Positions 12,778 to 22,570 of a stretch of 64,000 bases of DNA are shown piece by piece. The first letter of the stretch is position 1. Each line of letters starts with the position of its first letter. The DNA lies in NCBI GenBank assembly GCA_017654855.1, contig CM030334.1:186001-250000 (forward strand). The letters are read 5' to 3'. This DNA comes from Podospora anserina (taxonomy: Eukaryota). The notes under the pieces were generated by a model. The model worked only from the letters and a program-made list of their open reading frames with translations. It searched no databases and had not been told where the DNA came from. Made by a program: the position numbers and the translations under genes.

Positions 12778-13941
12778 GGGGGTTGGGAATGGGGGTGTTG
12801 ATGTCTTGTCCCTATTGAAAACCTAGCATGCGTTTCTTGCACAGTTATCGGAAGTATCATGTTGCCACAATCATCAGCTCCATGTTGCCGGTCTATGATG
12901 AAACAACAGTTATGAAGTCTGCGCCAAGAATCTCCAGAGGGAATGATCCAACTCGTAGCTACCTTGGGTGTAAATGCGATATGCAACTTTCCCAACCCTC
13001 CAGGCACAACCACGCTGCACATACTACCTAAGAGTTACCTTGAGATTTCAATTTCAACCCAAACCTCCACAACCAACCACCAAACCCAAGCACCCCTCCC
13101 CAATTTTCTCACAAAAATCGTCACAAAGCATGCAAGGCCAGCGGCAATAGACACAACCCTCCATTCACCACCCCGCCTCCTAGCCCGTCACCTGCCACCC
13201 CACCGGCTCACGCTCCTCCTGCAGCCGCGGTGAGGGAGGTCTAGAAGCAGCGAGCCACCGAACGGGCGACCTTCCAGATCTCTGCAGCGCTCGGCATCAC
13301 AGAACTCCATGGCCAAACCGAAATCGACAGCGTAAAGTATGTTCCCGTGCCTGCCGGTTCCCATCAGGAAATCACAAGAAATATTGCCAAGGGATCAGCG
13401 CCAGCTAACCGAAATAAATGCTGCCGTGACTGGCGATGCAAAATCACACGCGTCCGCGATTCCGAGAGACCAACAGATTTTGAACCGGCCCGCTGACCTT
13501 CTCTGGGGTGAACAATTGAGCCAAAACCAATGCTGCAGAGTCAATTATATACAAACCTGACAACGTCTGATTGGTTCTAACACCAATCACACAGAAAAGA
13601 CTCCAAAAAATATTAGTGAAGGAGATTTAAAATCTCTTAGCTCGATGACTCTGCAAAAATGCTCGCCGAAGTTCGTCAAGCTTTGCACTAACACGTTCAA
13701 GAGATCTGTGGCACTTGAAGCCGAGATCCGGGCGTTTGGATGTGGCCAAATGGGGGTTTGAAATTGACTTATTAGGGTATAATTTTCTTGTTCAGACCGG
13801 TGTGACACTAGTCTTAAGCCAGAATCCCGGGCTTGTTTAGTCTTCTAGCCTTGGGCCGGGGCCGGCCGGATTCCGGTGTGGCCTCAAGCCGGGCTCCGGG
13901 CTCGCAAGTTGGTCAGTCCACAAATTGGTGAGAGCACAAAG

Positions 13942-14150
13942 TTACCAGTCAAGCTATTCTACATATGCCACGGATTACCGGTCAGGCCATGCTACATACA
14001 AAGCCGCTTACTGGTAATACACTTGGTCTTCAGGCGACAGTTACCAGTCACGCCGTTCCGTGTACGTCAGGGGTTACTAGTCACACAGTTCCGTGCCCAA
14101 CAAGGGCTACCAGTCATCCCATTCAACAGCGAAGAAAGGGTACTGGTCAC
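13942..14150. repeat. Degenerate 33-bp-period array, 7 units (core TTACCAGTC)
   Basis: Cores start at 13942, 13975, 14008, 14041, 14074, 14107 and 14140. Confidence 0.85.
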
Positions 14151-14616
14151 TGCTGCCCTTGTACATGGAAGCAAACAGGGCCATAGGACATCTGGCACTT
14201 CGTATGATCAAGAGTGAGCAAGCGAAGCGTTAGCGCAGGTGAAGAAGTTGCTGACTTGACTAGAGGTTGAGTACCGAACCTGTATCATAGTAATATTCAT
14301 AGAAACATCTCTCTCTGTACTACAATAAAATTCAGGTTCAGCTTCCGCCTTTAGTGCCTTGAGGACGAAGAGAAGAAAGGTCTTTGCCTTGAGGAACGCA
14401 AGGCTTCTAGAGGACGCGCGAAGAAGGGGGAGCCCAAAAAACCCTACAGACCCGCAAACATTTGACCTTTTTTTGGTCACATGCACACGCGATATGTGCG
14501 TTTCGAGGGGCTCCTTTTGTGTCGTGTGTGTGCCGTGTAAGTCAGTCACAACGCCTGTTTTTCTCTTTCTGCCGCTCAGACCGCCCTACCGCAGACTTTG
14601 AACACTGGAAAGTATT

Positions 14617-14812
14617 TCATATATGTCGCACAACTGCTCTCTTTTTCTTTTTGTGTCTCAATTTTTTGGTGTCTCCCCAGTCCCAGGTTTCTGCGTCCGC
14701 AACGGTCGCTTCACTCAGCTGGTCCAGCCTTTTCTCTGCAGCTGTCATATTCTCGGGCACGATATTGCCGACGAAATCTCTCTCTCGCACCCTGGAAAGA
14801 AGCATGATGCCT
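14617..14812 (-). pseudogene. C-terminal remnant of a PIF1-like (Helitron RepHel-type) helicase
   Basis: GIMLLSRVRERDFVGNIVPENMTAAEKRLDQLSEATVADAETWDW; a second copy at 22264-22420 extends to CRTLDGIMLL, resembling the sequence after SF1 motif VI. Confidence 0.6.
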
Positions 14813-14853
14813 TTCTTCTGCTAATCCCAGGTCCACAATCTATCTGCCTGCCG

Positions 14854-15723
14854 TTAATTATCCCAGAACCCTTTACCTCCGTACTCATTTCCAATAAGGA
14901 CCTTAGACTCGCCCTTCCCCACAACCGTCTCTACCGAGTTGGTTGTCTGGTCGCTGATACGGATCTCACCATGTAGGGCTGCCGCAGTGACAACATTGCC
15001 GAGCTGGACCCTTGCACGTTTCTCTGTTCTGATATCCTTGGCGGAATTCCTTCCCACAATCGCGTCGATCTTCTGCGCAGCCGCATCAGACATAGCTGCG
15101 TCGATTCCCCCCGCCGCATCCTTGAGTATTGTTAGGCTCGCCTCGTCCTCCACCTCTTCAATCTCGTTCTCCGCTAACTTGTGACATACGGCCTCAATAG
15201 GGAAGGCCTTCTCCAGCTCATCGACAAAGCCAGCGACCTGGTCGACTATTTTCTCGAGGCTTTTTCCGTCGTACAATGCCCATGCCGTCTTTTTCGCTAG
15301 GCTCGTCTGTTTCTGTCTCCGAGAAACGAGATCTTTTAGCCGACGATGCAGCGCTCGTCCGATCGGCTTCATATCCTTATCCTCGAACACCACCAGATCC
15401 TGCTGGTCCGCAACGAGCTCGTATCGCTTCGACGTCTTCTGGGCGGACTCGAAGAGAAGCAAGATTTCCTCGACGATCGATTTCGCTAATTGCACCGACT
15501 TATCGATTGGCGCGCTGGAGTGGAAACGTGGGTCGTCGTTGATCTGGACCGCCTCGCCCCATCGGCTCAATCGGACTTTCGCAATGTCCAGTCGGAGCTG
15601 GCATCTCTCGTAATCGCGCCCAAAATGGCGACCCAGCTGGACGTACTCAAAACAGGCAACGCAGTTATTGAAGAGGCCGGCAACGCCCAAGGCGCCAGCA
15701 ACGATCTCGAACGGTTCTGACAT
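14854..15723 (-). CDS. het-S: HET-S: HeLo domain plus prion-forming domain (218-289), 289 aa, het-S allele
   Basis: MSEPFEIVAGALGVAGLF...KIDAIVGRNSAKDIRTEKRARVQLGNVVT...NSVETVVGKGESKVLIGNEYGGKGFWDN; Ala23 and His33 mark HET-S rather than HET-s (Asp23, Pro33). Confidence 0.99.
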   Translation of the reverse strand: MSEPFEIVAGALGVAGLFNNCVACFEYVQLGRHFGRDYERCQLRLDIAKVRLSRWGEAVQINDDPRFHSSAPIDKSVQLAKSIVEEILLLFESAQKTSKRYELVADQQDLVVFEDKDMKPIGRALHRRLKDLVSRRQKQTSLAKKTAWALYDGKSLEKIVDQVAGFVDELEKAFPIEAVCHKLAENEIEEVEDEASLTILKDAAGGIDAAMSDAAAQKIDAIVGRNSAKDIRTEKRARVQLGNVVTAAALHGEIRISDQTTNSVETVVGKGESKVLIGNEYGGKGFWDN

Positions 15724-16114
15724 GGCAGTTTGACGGGAAAGCGAAGGTTGATGTTCCTGTGCGGCTGAACGTGCCCGCTTGCTGCTAAAGGCGGGGTACA
15801 CACCATCAGGCCGCCGTCCACATTGCCCAACCTCCTCGTTGCCCAACCCGAAAGTTGCGCAGTTGGCAATGAACACTTTATTGCGCTGCTACTAATCAGC
15901 TCCGGTCACTCAATATTGAGACATAAGAGCACTTTCATCTAGGCAATATCTATTACGAGTCTGCACAAGCGACTTCCTCTTGCTGCGAACGCCGACGCAA
16001 CCTTTGTTCTCGATCATAACGCACGAAGATGGTAGACAATCTTCGCGGCAATCGCAAGCTGGAGGCACCCTGAATCGATGCTTCAAGCAATCCAACCGCT
16101 TCGTCACTGCCACG
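15724..16114. promoter_or_regulatory. 391-bp divergent intergenic region, probable bidirectional promoter
   Basis: Head-to-head ATGs at 15723 (-) and 16115 (+); promoter activity itself is inferred. Confidence 0.6.
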
Positions 16115-18789
16115 ATGGCAAATCAGGTTCGGTCAATACATGCTGAAGGGCAAGCACGCGTGCATGTCGGCAATAGTTATTACGGCTCGAGCGACTTCCT
16201 CCCGACCGCAGACGATGCAGCCTTCGACTCCCACGCGGAAGAGCATAACGCCCGATGCCACCGCGACACCCGAACCGAGCTCCTCCGTCAGATCAGAGAG
16301 TGGGCAGACGATCCTCACGGCAAGACTATCTTTTGGCTGAACGGCATGGCAGGGACAGGGAAATCCACCATTTCTCGAACCGTGGCAAAGTCGTTCGCGG
16401 ACGACGGCATCCTCGGCGCGAGTTTCTTCTTCAAAAGGGGGGAAGGCGACCGTGGCAAAGCAACCTTGTTTTTCCCTACAATTGCCAGCCAGCTTGTGCG
16501 CAAAATCCCTGCCCTGGAGGCTTTTGTCAGAGAGGCTATCAATAACAACCCGGATGTTGCCAGGAAGGCACTGAGAGACCAATTCGAAAAGCTTATCCTG
16601 CAGCCTCTGGATCGCATTCACCACGCTATAGCTGTGATCGTCGTTGACGCTCTCGATGAGTGTGACGGTGACAACGACGTGAAGGTCATCATCTCCTTAC
16701 TATCACAAGCAAAGGAACTCCGCTCCCCAGGTTTGAGAATCTTCATTACCAGCCGACCTGAGCTGCCCATTCGCCTCGGCTTCAAGAACGTTACGGGAGA
16801 GTATCAGGACCTAGCACTGCATCAAATCCCGGAACCAATCGTCGAACACGATATATCTGCATTCTTGCGACACGAACTCGCGAGAATCAGGGACGACTAC
16901 AACCACCAAGCTCTCGAAGGCATAGAGCTGCTGCCAGATTGGCCCGGTGAACATGCTATTCAAACTCTCGCTCAGATGGCCGTCCCATTGTTTATTTTCG
17001 CTGCAACCGTATGCCGCTTCATTGAAGATCCGGCGTGGTCAGATCCCGCCGATCAGCTGGAGAAAGTCTTGCAGTATCAGATGAAGGCCTACGATTCCGA
17101 GCTCGGCAAGCTCGACGCGACATATTTCCCAGTTCTCAAGCAGATCATTATCGGACATACTAATCCGCAGAAGCTATTAGCTGCCTTCCGAGATGTGGTT
17201 GGCCCCATTGTCCTCCTCGTTCAGCCCCTCTCGGTGTTGTCGCTTGCAAAACTTCTCAACTTCTCCACTAAATCCATATATGGCAGGCTCAACTCTCTCC
17301 ACTCCGTCCTAAGCATTCCCTCGAGGATAGATTCTCCTGTCAGACTCTTTCATTTGTCCTTCCGTGACTTCCTCGTCGATCCAACCAAGCGTGCTGCTGA
17401 GTTTTGGATCGACGAGACAAAATATCACAAGACACTTGCGGACAGATGTATTCAACTGTTGCACCAACACCTCATGAGAGATATCTGCGGTCTACAAGTG
17501 CCGGGAAAGCTGCGGTCAGAGATCGATCAGCGAACTATTGACGCCGCTCTGCCGCCCGAGACCCAGTACGCCTGTCAGTACTGGGTCCACCATTTGAAGG
17601 AGGGTAGAAGCACCGTACAGGATGGCGGCCCAGTCCACAGCTTCCTGACGAGCCATCTACTTCACTGGCTTGAAGCGCTCAGCCTCTTGGGCCGTATCTC
17701 GGAGAGTATCAGCATAGTAGACGACTTATTAACCTTTCTACATGTATGTTACGCGCCTTTAGTAACCTCGACCACACTAACATTGCCACATAGCCCACAA
17801 GTGCTACTGAGGTATATGCATTCCTCTGTGATCTGAAACGGTTTATTTTAAACAGTCAATCGATTATCGACATAGCGCCTCTTCAGATATACGCTTCAGC
17901 ACTTGTGTTCAGCCCGGCCCGCAGTATAACAAGAGGCATATTTAAGCAAGAAGAACGGAAGTGGATTACTAGCGGGCCAATTGTACAAGATAGTTGGAAT
18001 GCGTGCCGGCAGACGCTAGAGGGGCATAGCGATTCGGTCTGGTCGGTCGTATTTTCGCCGGATTCGAAGTGGATTGCCTCAGGGTCAGGCGATTGTACCA
18101 TTAAAATCTGGGATCTCGAAACTGGATCATGCCAGCAGACGCTAGAGGGGCATAGCAGTTCGGTCGGGTCGGTCGTATTTTCGCCGGATTCGAAGTGGAT
18201 TGCCTCAGGGTCAGGCGATTGTACCATTAAAATCTGGGATCTCGAAACTGGATCATGCCAGCAGACGCTAGAGGGGCATAGCAGTTCGGTCGGGTCGGTC
18301 GTATTTTCGCCGGATTCGAAGTGGATTGCCTCAGGGTCAGGCGATTGTACCATTAAAATCTGGGATCTCGAAACTGGATCATGCCAGCAGACGCTAGAGG
18401 GGCATAGCGATTCGGTCAGGTCGGTCGTCTTTTCGCCGGATTCGAAGTGGATTGCCTCAGGGTCAGACGATCGTACCATTAAGATCTGGAATCTCGAAAC
18501 TGGATCATGCCAGCAGACGCTAGAGGGGCATAGCAGTTCGGTCAGGTCGGTTGCATCTTCCCTTAACTCAACATTAATTGCATTCCGATCAGATAACGCC
18601 AACGCCCCGCATTATGAACACTATGGAATAAGCTCAGATTATAGGTGGATTACAAGGGCCTCAAAAAACTGGCTATGGTTGCCTACGGAATACCGGCCGA
18701 ACTGTTCGGCCGTAGCGGCATCGAGGATAGCCATTGGCTGTATGTCCGGGCGTGTCCTAATTATAATATTCCCAGCGGATAATGAGTGA
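16115..18789 (+). CDS. nwd2: NWD2: NLR with N-terminal HET-s-like amyloid motif, NACHT domain and WD40 repeats; 874 aa (intron 17744-17793)
   Basis: MANQVRSIHAEGQARVHVGNSYYG; P-loop GMAGTGKST; Walker B IVVDALDEC; FITSRPE; FHLSFRDFL; the GTATGT...TAG intron joins to APLQIYASALVFSP and the WD repeats. Confidence 0.96.
18013..18555 (+). repeat. 126-bp (42-aa) WD40 tandem repeats: 4 complete plus 1 partial
   Basis: Units start at 18013, 18139, 18265, 18391 and 18517; units 2 and 3 are identical. Confidence 0.97.
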
Positions 18790-18980
18790 TCTCTCTTTCT
18801 ATTTATTTTTCTATCGTAGCGTGCCAAAGGAGGGGTCCGGGGGGCTCCTTTACTTTATAGTCAGTTATAATATGTCACGATGCAAACTACTGAGCAAAGG
18901 TCGTGGAATGGATGATTGCCATTCACAAAGGAGTGAAAGACACGGGTATGCAGTGGAGTCAGAAAGACGTCACAGAAGAC

Positions 18981-19050
18981 GTCATGGAATTGGCGATCCA
19001 GATGATTGAGATCTGTCATGGAATTGGCGATCGAGATAATCGAGATCTGC
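18981..19050. repeat. 34-bp tandem duplication
   Basis: GTCATGGAATTGGCGATC..GAT.AT.GAGATCT at 18981 and 19015. Confidence 0.85.
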
Positions 19051-20139
19051 AGACTGTATATCTTTCGCTAGTATTTCGCTTGCCTCTCGAAAGGGAGAAG
19101 GCAAGCTTTAGTCTCTGTTCAATATACGATCTATCATTGTTTGATGACAGCGCTTCCTACCTAGCCTCTGATTGAGAAATCTTTAATCTTGTTGTAACAT
19201 AACATTCTAGAATCTTCCAAGCCTTATCTTCACCCCTGAATTGCTCTCCTTCGTCGTAAAGACTAATTGGCTCTGGAAGCTAACTGAGAGGCGTCATAAA
19301 GCGGCGACCAATCGGAACAAATCCGAGGTCTGGCTAACCTATCTTTGACATTAGCGCCGCAACCTCAGACGGGTTCACTGACAAAGCAGGGGTAGATGGA
19401 TGGATGGAATTTATTACACGTGTACGCCCGGAGACACTAAGCTTAAAGGGCCTATTGCACGCTAACTACATTCGGTTCATATACTTCCGCCGTTGTCTCG
19501 TCAAATCAAAGCAGGGCACTGTTACTACAATGTACAGGGCTGTTTGAATGGGTTACGGTTTTTTTGGGTAGGCATCTTCGTACACGGCATTTCAGAAGAC
19601 GGACACCGTTTAGGTGTCCCTACGGTGTGTGTACCGCGGTTCTTCTGGATGCAGGACAGAAAGCTTAGGGTGAGTTTGATAATTGAAAAGAAGTTCAAAT
19701 AGAGTTTGTTCCATTTCATGTTGTATTCCCAGGTTCTCACCTGATTCCCCCACTTTCAAACCCTTGTTGATCTGCATCGCGTGTGCCACCCGGGACCCTG
19801 GCCCGGCATCCTGAAACCTGCGGAATGTCAGCCAGTAAAAAGCAGCTGCAATCAGATTGACGAAGATTCACCACAAACAATCCAACATCTTCAAGGTATC
19901 CTGTCATATAGCCTCGTTCCTCAAGGCTCTTTAGGCAAACCGCAACCGGTTTGCGTCTCCTGTTTTTGGTCACATGCACACGCGATATGTGCGTTTCGAG
20001 GGCGTCCTTTCGTGTCGTGTGTGTGCCGTGTAACCCAGTCCCAACGCCTGTGCCTTGAGGAACGAAGAGACGAAAGGTTTTTTGGCGCCGCCCTCGGAAC
20101 AAAGACCCACAAACACTCGTCGGAATTCGTCATGTGTTC

Positions 20140-21017
20140 TCGCGTCCTTTGCGTGTTCTGCTCCGTCAGAGGATGGCACTCTGGAGATCAGCATCCAAAC
20201 ACTGAATTTAATGAGGTATGTTTTTTCTCAGCTCTCTGCATAATCCAGCTGACACTTTAGACACCCTGGCGACGTGGCTGATTTTGACGACTACCGCCAG
20301 CGCTTATCAGAACAATGGTGCCCGATGGTGTCCATCATCGGTTCGGTGCCCTCTAGCGAAAGTAACTCCACGGGCGCCTCCGATTCCCGCCACTTTACTA
20401 TCGAAACATCAGTATATGACCCCTCGAAAACCGCCCCGGTTTATTTCTCGGTAGTTTGCTTTTTGGAAAACACTAAACGATGGCAGAAAGTCAAGACACC
20501 CCCATCGGGAGCCTTTCTCAGTGTTACCGCGAAGCTGGCCGGCCGCACAACCGACACGAATCGTCTGGCCCTTCGGGTTCTTGACCTTACATACCTGCCT
20601 AGACCTAGCTCTGCGATCGCAACGCCGACCCCGGCTGCCACTCCGACTTCGAAACGATCACGTTGGGAAGGTCGAGCGCCTGCATCGACTCCATCGAAGA
20701 AACCACGCACCTCGAGGCCTGTCGATGGAACTACCACGCCTTCCAACAGGAATGACACGCCACCTGAACCGACGCAAGCCGGAACAAATTTGCCACCAAC
20801 AGGAGATACAGCGGAGTCACTATTTGTCACCCCTTCCCCATCAACTACTGTTAACCATGAAGATTCCTCGGTCGACTCTATTCCACCATCGAGCTCTGAT
20901 AATGGGATACGACCGCACCGCAGCCGCCATCCCCCGAAGAAATATGCCGAGTTGGATGACTTCTTTTTTTCCATGCTTTTGTACGACGTCGAAAGCAGCT
21001 TATTTCCCCGAGATTAG
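20140..21017 (+). pseudogene. 5'-truncated gene (intron 20216-20260), possibly an OB-fold domain followed by a P/T/S-rich tail
   Basis: The splice gives DGTLEISIQTLNLMRHPGDVADFDDY...; no convincing start codon; the fold is guessed from the alternating beta pattern. Confidence 0.4.
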
Positions 21018-21078
21018 CCTCGATCGGAGTGTCTGCCTACCAGTCGTGAGCGCTGCTCCGCCAAAGGACTAGCCTTTC

Positions 21079-21651
21079 TTAGCTACCTTCACCATTTTTC
21101 GGCACACAGCTTGTCTTGTGTACCTTCTAATCCGCTCTCTGATGCTCTCTTCCGTAATACGCTGCTCCTTTACACCTCCCGCAATTTATAATTCCTTCCG
21201 TCTTCCCGCATATTCTACAAGATATATGTCCCGCATTTACACTGGACCGTGATGCTCCCCAACCTTGGTTTTCGGCTATAACTTCGGCTATCATTTCCTG
21301 GACGTCCTTCCGCGTCCGGGTTTCACATTCTCCCTTTCCGTATATAGGGTTAACTCATATAGTAACAAAGGGATCCTTCGTATTATCAAGCCAAGACATT
21401 GGCGTCTGTAAAACTCCCGCTGAGAGTTGGCCGCAATTCTCGCAAAACCGTTCGGAAGCGTCGCGACATGCCGCCTCGTGCACTTTAAGGATAGGCTGTA
21501 TGGCGGTGGCAAACCGACTTATGTACTGGGCATCTGTCTGGGCGGCTTGAGGCTGGCCATTGACGAGACTGCTGGGAATATTGTGAATGAACTTCAGCTC
21601 TTCGGCGCCCCCTCGCAAGTGAAATTCGAAGCGAACTGGACGGGTATCCAT
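21079..21651 (-). pseudogene. MYND zinc-finger protein pseudogene
   Basis: Reading through two stops gives CRICGK...CGRCKGAAYYGREHQRAD*KVHKTSC; the stops are consistent with TGG>TGA/TAG. Confidence 0.7.
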
Positions 21652-22013
21652 GACTCACGGCAGTAAAATACGTAGGTTAAGACGGGGCAATGCTGTAGAT
21701 AGAAAGAAGTTTAAAGAGAGTTCGTTTGGATGTGCTTGTAGAACTCGTTTGGATGTGTCCGTATCATATCATATCTCATATATCACCTCCTTTTCTGGCA
21801 ATCCTTATTCGGAAAAATGCGGAGCTACCAGTGATCCTGGCCTCGACACCCCTGAAACCGGCATTGATATAAGCCACTTAAAAAGCAATCTCTTCGCAGG
21901 AACCTGATGAACGAATTTTGCTACAAATATCCTAACATCTTTAATATTCCTGTGTCGTCCATCTTCGTTCCTCAACGCTCTTTAGGCAAACCGCTTGCGG
22001 TTTGCGTCACCTG

Positions 22014-22420
22014 TAGAGGACGCGAAGGGAGGGGAAGCCCAAAAAACCCTACAGACCCACAAACACTTGACCCTTTTTTGGCCACATGCACACGCGATAT
22101 GTGCGTTTCGAGGGCGTCCTTTCGTGTCGTGTGTCGTGTGTATGATGTGTAATTCAGTCACAACGCCTGTTTTTCTGCCGCTCAGACCTCCCTACCGCAG
22201 ACTTTGGACGCTGGAAAGTGTTTCGTTTGTGTCGCACAACTGCTATCTTTTTCTTTTTGTATCTCACCAGTCCCAGGTGACTGCATCTGCAATAGTTGCT
22301 TCCCTCAGCTGCTCCAACCTTTTCTCCGCTGCTGTCATATTCTCTGGCACAGTATTGCCGACGAAATCCCTCTCTCGTATCCTGGGCAGGAGCATGATGC
22401 CGTCCAACGTCCGACACCAC
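22014..22420. mobile_element. Third, 5'-clipped copy of the Helitron-like 5' region with helicase remnant
   Basis: Collinear with 14408-14811 (TAGAGGACGCG...CACATGCACACGCGATATGTGCG...AGCATGATGCC). Confidence 0.8.
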
Positions 22421-22520
22421 GAGATGTGCATGGTGAGGGCCAAGAGCTTTTGCGGGTCGGCAACCCATTTATCAAGGGCATCAATAACCAAGACGGCGAC
22501 CTCCAAGTTCGGCTCCTCTG
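22420..22520 (-). pseudogene. NACHT Walker-B fragment (HET-E/NWD-like)
   Basis: EEPNLEVAVLVIDALDKWVADPQKLL resembles the DPNL..YLIIDALDECV.DL.KLL consensus. Confidence 0.5.
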
Positions 22521-22570
22521 GACCAAAGCATTACCTGACAGACTTTTGGAGCGACTGACGTTTTACACGA

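Larger units (their letters stand above)
14385..19962 (+). mobile_element. Non-autonomous non-canonical Helitron-like element (HLE2/FoHeli-type) enclosing het-S and nwd2; extra 5' terminus at 14355
   Basis: 5' end TGCCTTGAGGAACGCAAGGC (self-hairpin); its 13-bp inverted copy at 19915-19927; stem-loop GCAAACCG/CGGTTTGC at 19935-19954; end CTCCTG at 19957-19962; helicase-like remnant inside. Confidence 0.65.
20051..22013 (+). mobile_element. Second Helitron-like non-autonomous element carrying two cargo gene fragments
   Basis: Starts TGCCTTGAGGAACGAAGA; 17-bp inverted copy (1 mismatch) at 21962-21978; stem-loop GCAAACCGC/GCGGTTTGC at 21986-22005; ends CACCTG. Confidence 0.65.

Noticed and set aside
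13586-13810. Possible CACAC-ended TIR element or island left boundary
   Set aside because: The inverted match is only ~6 bp and no target duplication was found
13942-14150. CRISPR-like reading of the repeat-spacer array
   Set aside because: Eukaryotic DNA, a degenerate core of only ~9 bp, partly related spacers and no cas genes
15724-16114. N-terminal extensions of het-S (from 15876) and nwd2 (from 15980) in the ORF track
   Set aside because: They use non-ATG starts; ATGs at 15723 and 16115 give the 289-aa HET-S and put the amyloid motif at the NWD2 N-terminus
17883-18602. 239-aa repetitive minus-strand ORF
   Set aside because: Mirror of the WD40 DNA repeats
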